This document shows positions 30,701 through 44,200 of a stretch of 64,000 bases of DNA, in pieces. The stretch lies in contig CBDUPA010000005.1 of assembly GCA_965368975.1 (NCBI GenBank), positions 249,099-313,098 on the forward strand, in the 5' to 3' direction. The stretch's first letter is position 1; each line of letters opens with the position of its first letter. The stretch comes from an uncultured bacterium (GTDB taxonomy: Bacteria; Acidobacteriota; Thermoanaerobaculia; Multivoradales; JAHZIX01). Under the pieces are notes generated by a model. The model was not told where the DNA came from and did not search any database. It saw only the letters and a list, made by a program, of their open reading frames with translations. The position numbers and the translations under genes were made by a program.

Positions 30701-32648
30701 GCACGGCGTCGGCGGTGACCTTCTGCGCCGCCTGCGTGCCGCGGGTCATGACGTCATCGGTGTGCGAGCTGGCGACGCCTATGCCGCCGCGTCCGAAGGG
30801 GGAGCCGAAGGCGATGGGGTCTTCACCGTGCGTCCGTCTGAGCGCGGCGATTACCTCAGCCTGCTGCGTCAGCTCAAAGAAGATGGGGAGCTATCCCATC
30901 AAGAGCTGCCCAGCCGTATCTTGCACCTGTGGAGCCTGACCGAGGAGCACCCGTCGTTCGACGTGGCGCAAGCGCACGGGCTGCACAGCCTGATGGCCCT
31001 GGTGCAGGCCTACGCCGACATCGACGCTGGTGCTCCGCTGCGCCTCGGCGTGGTCGGCAACCGGTTGCAGGATGTCGCCGGCGGCGAGGGCGTCGAAGCG
31101 GAGAAAGCTCCGCTAGTCGGTGCCTGCAGGGTGATTCCGCAGGAATTGCCGCACGCCTGGGCCGCCGCCATCGACGTCGTGCTGCCGCCGCCCGAAGGCC
31201 AGAACCGGCGTCGCCGGCTGGTCGATCAGCTGCTGGCCGAGATGACCGTCGCGCCGACCAGTGCCGATGCGGCCTGGTCAACGCCGGTGATTGCCCTGCG
31301 CGGTCCGCACCGCTGGGTGCAGGACTTCGAGCCCGTGCCCCTGCCGCCCGCCACGGGCAAGGCAGGCAGCGCTACTGGCGACCAGCCACCACGCCTGCGC
31401 CAGGGCGGTAGCTACCTGGTTACCGATGGCACCAGCGAGCTGGGCCAGGAGTTGACCGAGTTCCTGCTGCGTCGTTTCGGCGCCCAGGTTACCGCGGTGC
31501 TGCCTCCTGGCTGGGGCGAAGATGCCGGTAGCGATGAAGGTGCAGAGCCCCAAGCTGGTGAAGCCCAGCAAGCGATGGCCGCGGCGCTGCGTGAGCGCCA
31601 GGCGCGGGCTCGCGCCCGGCTGGACGGCCTGGCCGAGGAGTTCCCGTCGCTGGTGCTCGAACACCACGATGTCACCGACGCGGCGGCCGTGCGTCAACTG
31701 GTCGACGGCGTGCGCCAGCGCCAGGGTGGCTTGCACGGCGTCCTGCACACTGCCACCGACTTCTCGGGCGGCCTGATCCAGGTCAAGACGACCGCCGACC
31801 TGACCGCCGTCCACGGCGCCGTGGCGCGCGGTGCCCTGGCCTTGGAAGAGGCTCTGAGCGGCGCCGCCGCGGACACGGCCGTTCCGGACTTCGTGTTGCT
31901 GTCCTCGACCTCGACCGCCGTCACTGGCGGCCTGGGTCAGCTCGACCTGTGCGCCGCGGGTTCCGTCCTCAGCGCCCTGGCCGACCGCCGCGCCGCCGCC
32001 GGCGACAGCCATTGGTTGACCGTCGGCTGGGGTTCCTTCGCCTGGGACCAGTGGGGCTTGCCGGGCATGATGGCCAACCCCGAGCTGCAGAAGCAGGTGC
32101 GCGAGAATCTCGAGACCTACGGTGTCTCGGCCGGCGAGAGCGTCGACGTCTTCCAGCGCGCCCTGGCCAGCCGTCAGCCGCGCCTGGTGGTGTCGACGCA
32201 GGACTTGCACACCGTCATTGCCAACACCACCGCGGTGACCGCCGAGAGCCTGCTCGAACAGGTGTCACAGACCACCGAGTTGCACCCACGCGGCGACTTG
32301 TCCGTGCCTTACGAGGCGCCGACAGACGACGTCGAGGCGCAGCTGGCGGTCATCTGGCAGCGCCTGTTCGGCATCGACAAGGTCGGCATCCACGACAACT
32401 TCTTCGAACTCGGCGGCTACAGCCTGCTGGGCATCCAGATGGTGACCCAGGTGCGCCAGACCTTCGACTTCGAAATCCAGATCACCGAGCTGTTCGACAC
32501 CCCGACCGTCGCCGGCCTGGCCGGGCGCATTCGTGGTGACGAGAGCGAACCGGAACTGGACGAGGACGACATGGCCGACCTGCTGAGCCAGGTCGAAGGC
32601 ATGAGCCCCGAAGACATGGCGGCGCTGCTCGCCGAGAGCGACGGCTGA
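27702..32648 (+). CDS. Type I cis-AT PKS module: KS-AT-KR(degenerate)-ACP (1648 aa)
   Basis: KS VQSACST (Cys), ETHGSGT, NIGHT (hybrid-type KS); AT GYSLG and HAFH (malonyl type); KR fold with DGTSELG and GQLDLCAAG; carrier FFELGGYSL; acidic C-terminal docking helix. GGAG RBS. Confidence 0.93.
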   Translation: MSDYEQGATTEASMDTSAEGIAIIGLAGRFPGARDIEAFWRNLRDGVESITFFTPEQLQEAGLDPAILEQPNFVAANGMLEDIDRFDAAFFGYTPREAQLIDPQQRLFLECAQHTLEHAGYDPARFDGRIGLFGGAGANYYLLGNLVNNRALIEEIGVLQILLANEGDYLCSRVSYKLDLRGPVALVQSACSTALVSVHMACQSLLTGECEMALAGGVSIGLPQDQGYFYTEGGILSRDGHCRSFDASSTGTVNGNGVGLVALKRLEDALEDGDVVHAVLLGSAINNDGASKVGFTAPSVECQSEVVGEALGVTGVDAETIAYIETHGSGTALGDPIEAQALIDAYADHAETSGYCGIGSVKSNIGHTNAAAGVAGLIKVVQGLEHGEIPPSLHFEQLNPEIDFTDTPFFVNAELRPWPRLKDQPRRAAISSFGLGGTNAHAIVQEAPAVEPSGPSRGHQLLLVSARSEAALDAATRNLADHLQAHPDLKLADAAFTLQLGRAEMDMRRAVVVRDDGGEAGKKAAIEALRAEPVATKVDKDTRPVVFLLPGLGDHYVQLGRRLYEDEPTFREDFDACAEGLLEPLGVDIREILFPGAAPPEPTDEEAAAGTDFKALLRRGGGEVDEATARLNRTVHAQPALFAVEYALARLLMDWGLEPSGLIGYSLGEYVAACLAGVLELDDALALVAKRARLIDDLPEGAMLAVPLPESELLPKLKKHPDLDLCATNGPNLSVAGGPVPAVDALEQELQAAGVTCIRLTTTHAFHTRMMAPVAEALTELASGFELQTPEIPLLSNVTGTWLSDADATDPAYWARHLCGTVRFAESLSELLKDARRLLIELGPGNALGTLIKQHPSVKPEQVVISALRHQSERRSDVAHLLRALGHAWLAGARIDWHGFYAHETRRRVVLPGYPFERRRYWIDPNPAESGAAGKRGRAGSGGGQVGIAEMRKGKLPLADWFYLPSWRQTPTRLPADGRAPEDAMETGRWLIFLEADSDAHGVGGDLLRRLRAAGHDVIGVRAGDAYAAASEGGAEGDGVFTVRPSERGDYLSLLRQLKEDGELSHQELPSRILHLWSLTEEHPSFDVAQAHGLHSLMALVQAYADIDAGAPLRLGVVGNRLQDVAGGEGVEAEKAPLVGACRVIPQELPHAWAAAIDVVLPPPEGQNRRRRLVDQLLAEMTVAPTSADAAWSTPVIALRGPHRWVQDFEPVPLPPATGKAGSATGDQPPRLRQGGSYLVTDGTSELGQELTEFLLRRFGAQVTAVLPPGWGEDAGSDEGAEPQAGEAQQAMAAALRERQARARARLDGLAEEFPSLVLEHHDVTDAAAVRQLVDGVRQRQGGLHGVLHTATDFSGGLIQVKTTADLTAVHGAVARGALALEEALSGAAADTAVPDFVLLSSTSTAVTGGLGQLDLCAAGSVLSALADRRAAAGDSHWLTVGWGSFAWDQWGLPGMMANPELQKQVRENLETYGVSAGESVDVFQRALASRQPRLVVSTQDLHTVIANTTAVTAESLLEQVSQTTELHPRGDLSVPYEAPTDDVEAQLAVIWQRLFGIDKVGIHDNFFELGGYSLLGIQMVTQVRQTFDFEIQITELFDTPTVAGLAGRIRGDESEPELDEDDMADLLSQVEGMSPEDMAALLAESDG

Positions 32649-32744
32649 GGGACACGCCCGACTGAGTACCCTGAGCACCCTGTATCCAACACTGACTGAA
32701 GAACTCGACCCCTAGATCGTCGGAAGACCCACAAGAGGACCGCC

Positions 32745-36221
<3,477 letters not shown>

Positions 36222-36342
36222 GGCTTCGCTCGTATCGGCCGCCACGGGTAAGAAACAGCTGTCCCGATCCCAGACTTCCCGAGCACTGTATTTCTGAGGA
36301 GTTCGTATCGCCGGTCAGGATGAAGTAGGGTCTACCTTTCCT

Positions 36343-38715
36343 GTGGATTTACAATTCAAAAAAGCGCTGATCTATTGCGCGTTGTCGTGCCTGGCTTGCG
36401 GGGCTGCTACGGTGCAGGCCGAACTTGGAGACGTGGTGCAGGCACCGGCGCCCGAGCCGGCGGTGGAAGCGGCTCGGTTGGAGGAGGAACTGGCCGGGAT
36501 CGAGGGACGCGAGCGTTTGCGTTTGCTCGCGGACCTGGTGGCGATCTACCGTTGCATCGCGCCACATCGAGCCCTGGAGCACGGCGAAGAGGTCCAGGGG
36601 CTGTTGGTACAGCAGGCGCTGACACCCCAGGTCGAAGTGCGATTGCTGACGGACCTCAGTGACAGCGCGTACATCACAGGTCAGAACGATGTCGCGCTGA
36701 ATTGGGCCTACTTTGCCCTGCGTGCGGCGCGGCAGGCCGGGTACGAGTGGGGACGAGCGCAGGCGCTCTGGCGCATGGCGCGCATCCATGGGACAGATCT
36801 GGATTTTGAGCCGGCGATGCAGACGCTCGAAGAAGTGCAGGCCATCGCGCAGCAACTTCAGTCGCCGGAGCTGCTGTCAGCGTACTACTCGACGTTGGCA
36901 TTGACGCACGATTACCAGGGGCACACCCTGGATTTCCGCGAGGCGCTCTACGAGAGCCTGCAGCAGGCACGTCTGGGAGGCGACGAGTTCCAGCTCGGGC
37001 TGGCGCTGCTCAACATGGGTTTCGATTACTCGACTCAACAGAACCCTGATGCCGCGGCAGATTACCTAGAGGAGGCGCTCGCGATCTTCCGCCGCCGCGG
37101 CGATATCTTCTATATCGCGGCGACGATGGAAGTGTTGGCCGGTGTGCTGCACGCGCAGGGCAAGTCGGGGCAGGCCCTGATGACGGTGACCGAGGCGGAA
37201 CGCCTGGGGCGCAAGTTGGGGCACAGTACGGTCGTCGGACGGGCGTTGCTGCAGCTGGCAGAGATTCAGCACGACCTCGGTCTCTCGGAGTCGGCGCTCG
37301 AGACGATCGAAGGCGGACTGGACCATTGGCGGCGCACAGAGAGTGAGCCGTGGCTCGGTGCGGGGCTGGTGAGCAAGGGGGAATACCTGATCAGCTTGGG
37401 ACGCCCGCGCGAGGCGTTGGAGATCCTGCAGCAAGCTCGAGAGATCTTGGAACGGCTCGACCGCAGGGAGACCTTGTTGTTGGCGATCGAGGTGACGGCG
37501 CGCGCCTATGAGGCGCTGGGTCAGTACGGGGAAGCTCTGGATTCCTACCGGCGCTTCGGGGAGCTGCGGACAGAGCAGGCCGAGGAGGGGAGTCAGGAAC
37601 ACATCGAGGAGCTACAGGCCCGCTTCGAGAGCGCCGAGAAAGATCGCGCCATTGCTGATCTCGAACTGACCCGCGTGCTCGATAGCTCCAAGCTGGCACG
37701 GGAGCGTGGGTGGCGGCGAGTCCTGGTGGGGTCTGCAGTGTTGCTGCTGGGCACGGCCCTTGCGGTGATCTTCGCCTACCTGCTACAGCGTCGTGGACGC
37801 GTTGAGCTGCAGGAGGCTTATGGTCACCTGGATACCGCGCACAAGTCGCTGGAGGCGCACAGCTCGGAGATCCGTGAGCTGGTGCGTGAGAAGGAGGAGC
37901 TATTCGCCCTCGCCGCCCACGATCTACGAGCGCCCGTGGTCAGCATTCGCGAGGTGTCACAAGATCTGCAGGAAGACTTGCGGCAGGTACCAGATGCGCT
38001 GGAAGCGCTGGCTTCGGCAGGGTTTCCAAGCGAGGCCGAGGCCAGCAACGAGGATCGCCAGCGACTGCTACGGCTCGTCGGTGATGAGATGCCACAGGAG
38101 TTGGGGAAGATCCGCGAAGCGACGGGACGCCTGGAGACCCTGGTCGACGGTCTGCTCAAGTTGTACCGCTTGAGCCGCAACGCGCTGGAAGCGATGCATG
38201 TCGACGTGACGGAGTTGGTCGAACGGGTCGTGGCTTCCTACAGTTTCGAGATCGAGCAGGCGCGAGCCGTGGTTCGGATCGCCAAGTTGCCGGTGGTGGT
38301 GGCGGATCGCACGGCTCTAGAGACGGTGTTTGGCAACCTCTTGCACAATGCCATCAAGTACCTGGACCCGGAGCGCCCGGCGGAGATCGAGGTGAGCTGC
38401 GAGCGCCGCCGCGGCGAGACGGTGTTCCACGTCCACGACAACGGACGTGGCATCGCGGCCGACGACGTGGAGCGCGTGTTCAAGGTCTTCGCTCGCGTCG
38501 GGTCGCAGGACCAGCCAGGGGAAGGCATCGGCCTGGCGGCGGCGCGCACGCTCGTTCGCCGTCACGGAGGGTTTCTGTGGTGCACTTCACGGGAGGGTGA
38601 GGGCAGTACCTTCAGCTTCAGCCTGCCCGATGAGCCGCGACACGCGACGATCGCCATCCCTCGACCGAGACGGTTGGACACCGGTTCCTGGGAGGTCCGC
38701 GGTGCTGCGAGCTGA
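36343..38715 (+). CDS. Membrane sensor histidine kinase with extracytoplasmic TPR domain (paralog 1)
   Basis: Signal peptide (..AATVQA), TPR-like helices, one TM (VLVGSAVLLLGTALAVIFAYLL), H-box AHDLRAP, NLLHNAIKY, DNGRGI, GEGIGL, GSTFSF. Confidence 0.9.
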   Translation: MDLQFKKALIYCALSCLACGAATVQAELGDVVQAPAPEPAVEAARLEEELAGIEGRERLRLLADLVAIYRCIAPHRALEHGEEVQGLLVQQALTPQVEVRLLTDLSDSAYITGQNDVALNWAYFALRAARQAGYEWGRAQALWRMARIHGTDLDFEPAMQTLEEVQAIAQQLQSPELLSAYYSTLALTHDYQGHTLDFREALYESLQQARLGGDEFQLGLALLNMGFDYSTQQNPDAAADYLEEALAIFRRRGDIFYIAATMEVLAGVLHAQGKSGQALMTVTEAERLGRKLGHSTVVGRALLQLAEIQHDLGLSESALETIEGGLDHWRRTESEPWLGAGLVSKGEYLISLGRPREALEILQQAREILERLDRRETLLLAIEVTARAYEALGQYGEALDSYRRFGELRTEQAEEGSQEHIEELQARFESAEKDRAIADLELTRVLDSSKLARERGWRRVLVGSAVLLLGTALAVIFAYLLQRRGRVELQEAYGHLDTAHKSLEAHSSEIRELVREKEELFALAAHDLRAPVVSIREVSQDLQEDLRQVPDALEALASAGFPSEAEASNEDRQRLLRLVGDEMPQELGKIREATGRLETLVDGLLKLYRLSRNALEAMHVDVTELVERVVASYSFEIEQARAVVRIAKLPVVVADRTALETVFGNLLHNAIKYLDPERPAEIEVSCERRRGETVFHVHDNGRGIAADDVERVFKVFARVGSQDQPGEGIGLAAARTLVRRHGGFLWCTSREGEGSTFSFSLPDEPRHATIAIPRPRRLDTGSWEVRGAAS

Positions 38716-41068
38716 TCTGCCGTCGGCGGTTCTGCTGATGGTGGTGTCGGTCGTTGTCGTCGCCTCGCAGACCTCCCCGGAAATTCAGCCACTGTCCGTC
38801 CCGGCGGCGCCCGCCTTTCCCTCGGAGACCTTGCCAGACGGGTTGTCAGAGGTGCCTGATGTACCGGACCTGGACATCCCCGAACTCGAGGCGCAGCTCG
38901 AGGACACAGAGGGTGTGGAGCGATTGTGGGCGCTGGCCGATCTGTTGACCGCCTATCGGCGCTTGGCGCCGCAGAAGGGGCTGGTCTACGGCGAAGAGGT
39001 CGAGCAATTGCTGGCTGCGCTTCCCGCCGGTGACACCCCGTTGTCGCCTCCGCGCATCAACCGCTTGCTCAATGACCTCAGCGACATGGCCTTCATGACC
39101 GGTGACTACGAGAGCACGGTACATTGGGCGCGTCGCGCTCTGGAAGAGGCGGAGGGGGCGAACTATCAGAAAGGGATCGCGCAAGCGCTGTGGCGCGTGG
39201 CGGTCATCCAGGGAATGAACGTGGAGTACGAGGCTGGGCTGTCGACTCTCGAACGAGTGCGCATCATTGGCACGGCTCTCGACGACCCGGACTTGCTCTC
39301 TGCCTACCACTCCGCCGCTTCGGTGGTGTACAGCTACAAGGGCCGGCTGCTCGACGCCAGCGAAGCGCAGGTCGCCAACCTGGAGTACGCCCGTCAGGGT
39401 AAGGACTCGTTTCAGCTCGGGCTGGCGCTGCTCAACATGGGGATCGAGTACGGAAGCAAGGAGCCGGAGCGGGCTGAGGACTACCTGCGCGAGGCCCTGC
39501 AGGTCTTCGAGCGACGGCGGGAGGTCTTCTACATCGCGCTGGCAAAGGAGTTGTTGGCGGGAGTGCTGCACGACCTGGGGCAGTCGCAGCGAGCCTTGGA
39601 GCTGTTCGCCGAGGTCGAGCGCTACAGCCGGCAGCTGGGAGACAGCGAGGTCATGGGGCGGAGCCTGCCGTCGCTGGCCGAGGTCTATTTCGATCTCGGT
39701 CGCGGCGACGAAGCGCTACGCGCTCTGGATGAAGGGATCGCGCTCTGGCGGCGCCTGGGCAACGATACTTGGGTGAGTTCCTGCACGGCGATGAAGGGTT
39801 GGTACCTGCTGCAGCTCGAGCGGCCCCGGCAGGCTTTGAGCGCCCTGGAGGATGCTCGCCAGATCATGGAGGAGCAGGGAGACGCCTACGCCTTGCCGTG
39901 GGTCTACTCGGCGCTGGCAGATACCGAGGAAGCACTGGGTAACTATCCGCAAGCCGTGACCCGGTATCGTCGCTTCCTGCAATTGCAGGCCGAAGCCGAA
40001 GCCCGCGATGCTCGAGTGCGCCTCGAGGAGCTACAGGTGCGCTTCGAGAACGCGGCCAAAGACAGTGAAATCGCCGACCTGGAGCTGCAGCAGGCGTTGC
40101 GTCAGGCCGAGTTGTCCCGCGAGCGCTGGCTTGTTCATAATCTGTTGGTGTTCGCGGCCTTGCTGCTCGTCCTGACGGCCGTGGTGATATCTGCCTACCG
40201 GGTGCAGCGCAGGCGCCGCTTGGAACTGCAGGATGCCTACTCGCGGCTGGATGCTGCGCACCGGACGCTGGAAGCGCACAGTGAAGAGATTCGCGAACTG
40301 GTGCGCGAGAAGGAAGAGCTCTTTGCACTGGCAGCGCACGATCTACGGGCACCTGTGGTCAATATTCGGGGCTTCTCCGAAGAGCTGCGGCGCAGCCTCG
40401 AGCAGATACCCGAGGTATTGCGAGAGTTGCCGCCCGACGAGGTCAAGTGGCAGCAAACCCTGGACCTGGTGCGCGAAGAAATGCCGGAGGATCTGCACCA
40501 TGTCTGCTTCGCCACCCAGCGCCTGGAATCTCTGGTCGAGGGCTTGCTCAAGCTCTATCGATTGAGCCGCAACGAGCTCGAGCCGGTGCCGGTGGATGTG
40601 GGCGAGTTGACGTCCGACCTGCGGACGGGCTTCGCTTTCGAGATCCAGCGAGCACGGGCTGAGGTGCGCGTGCAACCGATGCCGGTGGTGACCGCCGACC
40701 CCGCGGCGCTCGAGACCATCTTCAGCAACCTCCTGCACAATGCCATCAAGTACCTGGACCCGACGCGTCCGGGCGTGATCGAGGTCAGCTGTGAGCCGCG
40801 TCACGGCGAGATGGTGTTCCACGTGCAGGACAATGGTCGCGGCATTGCGGCTGAAGACCTGGAGCGGGTGTTCAAGGTTTTCTCGCGGGTCGGGCCGAAA
40901 GAGGTTGCCGGCGAGGGGATCGGTTTGGCGGCGGTGCGCACTTTGGTGCGTCGCCACGGTGGCTTCATCTGGTGCAATTCGAAGTTCGGGGAAGGCAGCA
41001 CTTTCAGCTTCAGTCTGCCCGACGATCCACGGCACACGGCGGTGACGGTGCCGCTGCGCCAAGTCTGA
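38702..41068 (+). CDS. Membrane sensor histidine kinase with extracytoplasmic TPR domain (paralog 2, 788 aa)
   Basis: Start re-assigned to GTG 38702 (GGAGG at 38691), giving a hydrophobic signal peptide; colinear with paralog 1 (FQLGLALLNMG, EIRELVREKEELFALAAHDLRAPVV, NLLHNAIKYLDP). Confidence 0.88.
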   Translation: MLRADLPSAVLLMVVSVVVVASQTSPEIQPLSVPAAPAFPSETLPDGLSEVPDVPDLDIPELEAQLEDTEGVERLWALADLLTAYRRLAPQKGLVYGEEVEQLLAALPAGDTPLSPPRINRLLNDLSDMAFMTGDYESTVHWARRALEEAEGANYQKGIAQALWRVAVIQGMNVEYEAGLSTLERVRIIGTALDDPDLLSAYHSAASVVYSYKGRLLDASEAQVANLEYARQGKDSFQLGLALLNMGIEYGSKEPERAEDYLREALQVFERRREVFYIALAKELLAGVLHDLGQSQRALELFAEVERYSRQLGDSEVMGRSLPSLAEVYFDLGRGDEALRALDEGIALWRRLGNDTWVSSCTAMKGWYLLQLERPRQALSALEDARQIMEEQGDAYALPWVYSALADTEEALGNYPQAVTRYRRFLQLQAEAEARDARVRLEELQVRFENAAKDSEIADLELQQALRQAELSRERWLVHNLLVFAALLLVLTAVVISAYRVQRRRRLELQDAYSRLDAAHRTLEAHSEEIRELVREKEELFALAAHDLRAPVVNIRGFSEELRRSLEQIPEVLRELPPDEVKWQQTLDLVREEMPEDLHHVCFATQRLESLVEGLLKLYRLSRNELEPVPVDVGELTSDLRTGFAFEIQRARAEVRVQPMPVVTADPAALETIFSNLLHNAIKYLDPTRPGVIEVSCEPRHGEMVFHVQDNGRGIAAEDLERVFKVFSRVGPKEVAGEGIGLAAVRTLVRRHGGFIWCNSKFGEGSTFSFSLPDDPRHTAVTVPLRQV

Positions 41069-41211
41069 GCCGGGTCGCTGAACCAATGTACGGGCTGCCA
41101 GCCCGATGTTGTCTCGCCCAACGACGACGGGTAGACTGAACAGTCAGCATATGCCTTCGTCTTGCTGGTGTTTTGGTTCTTGGAACCTTTGTTTCGAGCA
41201 GGGAGATTCTC

Positions 41212-44200
41212 GTGAAGCAGCCTTCCCATATCGAGGACGTCTATCCGCTCTCGCCCTTGCAGCAGGGCATCCTCTTTCACTGTCTGGAGTCGCCGCTCGC
41301 TGGTGTCTACTGCGAGCAGGTCGCCGCCGAACTGGTGGTGAGGCCGAGCGAAGCGAAAGCTTCCGCGGACGCGCCCGTCGCCGTGCCGGTCCTGGCACAC
41401 GCCTGGAAGCAGGTGGTAGAGCGGCATGCCGTTTTGCGGACCGGCTTTCTCTGGCGTGGTCTCAAAGAGCCCGCCCAGGTCGTGCATCGCCGGGTGCGCC
41501 CGGAAGTCGACGTGATCGATCTGCGCGGCTTGGCGCGGACGCACGTCGAGACTCGCTTGGGCGAACTCCAGGACGCCGACCGGCGTCGCGGCTTCGACTT
41601 CGAGCGGCCGCCGCTCTTCCGGCTCTCCGTTGTGCTGTTGGACGCGCGCCGCTGTGTTCTGGTGTGGACGTTTCATCACCTGCTGCTCGACGGCTGGTCG
41701 ATTCCGCGTGTGCTGGCCGAGGTCTTTGGCACCTACCGGGCCCTGCGCAGTGGACAGGCGGCCCCGGAGTGGCCGTCGCCGCCGCCGTACAAGCGCTACA
41801 TCGGCTGGCTGCGCAAGCGTGACCGTGCCGCCGCCCAGGAGGTCTGGACGCGTCAGCTCGCCGGCCTCGGTGCGCCGACGCCACTGCCTGCGCCGGTTCC
41901 GGCGGCGCACGCGCGCCGGTCCGAGGAGGCGTCCGAGCTGCGCTACCGCACGCGTGTGATCAAGCTGCCACCGAGGCTCGGGCCGGCGTTGCAAGCGCAC
42001 TGTCGCCAGCTCGGTGTCACCCTGGGTACGCTGATGCAGGGCATCTGGGCCGTGCTCTTGCGCCGCTACAGCGGTCGTGACGACGTCCTCTTTGGGCTGG
42101 TCAACAGTGGTCGTCCACCAGCGCTGCCGGGCGTCGAGACGATGATCGGTCTGTTCATCAACACCGTGCCGGTGCGCGCACGCTTCGCGCCAGGGATGTC
42201 GTGGGCGTCGGCGTTGCGGCAGCTGCAGGCCGAGAGTGCCGAGTGGCAGCCGCACTCCTACGTGCCGCTGGCCGACCTCCAGGGCTGGAGTGACGTACCG
42301 CGCGGCCAGCCGCTGTTTGAAAGCCTACTGGTGGTCGAGAACTACCCGCGCAACCCCGCCTCGGCGTCTCAGGGCTTGGGTTTCGACGTCCAGCTGCGGC
42401 CACAGCAGCTGACTACCAGCTATCCCTTGACCCTGGCGGTGTTACCGCAGGAAGACTTCTCGGTCTTCGTGGTGCGTGATCAGCGTCGTTTCTCGGACAC
42501 CTTTGCCCTGCGTGTACTGGAGCATGTGCGGACGCTGCTGGAAGCGGTCGCCGGACTTCCCGCCGAGACTTCCGGCGAGACCTTGGCGCTCGAAGCGTTG
42601 CCACTGCTGACTCGAGGGGAGCGCCAGCAGTTGGTGGTGGAGTGGAGCATCGGTGGTGCTGCGCGCTCGATCGAGATGGAGCTGCTCGACGCAGGAAACG
42701 GCACGCTCGACGGGCGTGTTTTTGCTCGTGCCGCGAAGAGGCCGGAGGCCATCGCGGTGGTCGATGCCGGGGACCGACACGCGCACTGGCTGAGCTACGG
42801 TGAGCTGGCGCGGCGGGCAGAGCGTGCCGCCGACGTGCTACACCGGCAGGGAGTGCAGCCGGATCAGCCGGTGCCGGTCGAACTCGACGCTGAGCGGCCG
42901 CGCAACGTCGAGCTGGTGATCCAGCTGCTCGCCATCCTGCGCGCCGGCGGTGCGTACTTGCCGATCGATCCAGGGCTGCCGGAAGAACGACGGCGGTGGA
43001 TGCTGGCGGATGCGGTTGCAGACCTCCAGCCTTTCGCTCAGGGCTGCCTTGCGGCGCAGCCGCATTCAGGTTCCTTGTCGCTCGCTTACCTTCTCTACAC
43101 CTCTGGTTCCACCGGCCGTCCCAAGGGCGTCGCGGTGCCGCATCGCGCCGTCTTGCGGCTGGTCGACCAGCATGCGCGCGCACTGCGATCCAGTGCTACG
43201 GACGTCTACCTGCAACTGGCGCCGATCGAATTCGACGCCGCTACGCTGGAGCTTTGGGCACCACTGACGGCCGGTGGGCGCCTGGTGCTCTATCCCGGTC
43301 GAACCCCCGACCTCGACCGCTTGCAAGCCGTGCTATGCGAGCAACGCGTCGATACGCTGTGGCTGACTGCCGGCTTCTTCCAGCAGCTCGCCGAGGAACG
43401 CCCCACGCTGCTGCGTGGGGTGCGTCGGCTGCTCACCGGCGGCGACGTGGTGCCGCCGGGGGCGGTGCGTCGACTGCGCCGGGTACTGCCGGGCGTGCAG
43501 GTGATCAATGGCTATGGACCGACCGAGAACACGACCTTCACGACCTTCCAGCCGTTCTCCGACAACGACCTACGAGAGGCCGAGCAGGGCGCCCCGCTGT
43601 CGATCGGCCGGCCGCTTGACGCCACCACCGTCTATGTCCTGAGTCATGACTTGCGGCCCGTTCCCGCGGCCGTGCCGGGGGAGCTGTTCACCGGCGGCGA
43701 GGGGTTGGCGCGTGGCTACCACGGCCTGCCGAGCCGCACCGCGGTCAGCTTTGTGCCCGATCCGTTCGCCGACGCAGAGGGTGGTGGTGGGCGCCTGTAC
43801 CGGACGGGCGACCTGGCGCGCTGGCGTGGCGATGGCCGGCTCGACTTCCTCGGGCGTCTCGACAACCAGGTCAAGCTGCGCGGCTTCCGCGTCGAGCCGG
43901 GGGAGATCGAGAGCGTGCTGGCGTCCCATCCGGCCGTCGAGACGGCGGCAGTAGTGGTGGCGGGCCAGGGAGCGTCGGGCAAGCGCTTGCTAGCCTGGGT
44001 CGTGCTGGCGGATGCAGGGGAGCCAGACGGGATTCTCGACTTCTTGCGGGCTCGCCTGCCGGCGCCGCTCGTGCCCTCGGCTCTAGGCGTCCTCGACGCC
44101 TTGCCGCTGACCAGTCGCGGCAAGGTCGACCGCCGCCAGCTGGCGCGGCGACCAGCCCCGGACGCGTCGAGCCTGGCCCGGCGCCCGCCATCGACCGCCA

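Noticed and set aside
32663-32683. Short tandem ctgagtacc/ctgagcacc repeats
   Set aside because: Only about 2.3 units of 9 nt; not a CRISPR array and no assignable function.
38447-38701. Longer N-terminus for histidine kinase 2
   Set aside because: Overlaps kinase 1 by about 270 nt; GTG 38702 has GGAGG and yields a signal peptide.
42960-43090. Shortened N-terminal subdomain in the Val A domain of NRPS 3 as a sign of pseudogenisation
   Set aside because: The frame is intact and all core motifs plus a canonical Val code are present; the deletion is in a variable region.
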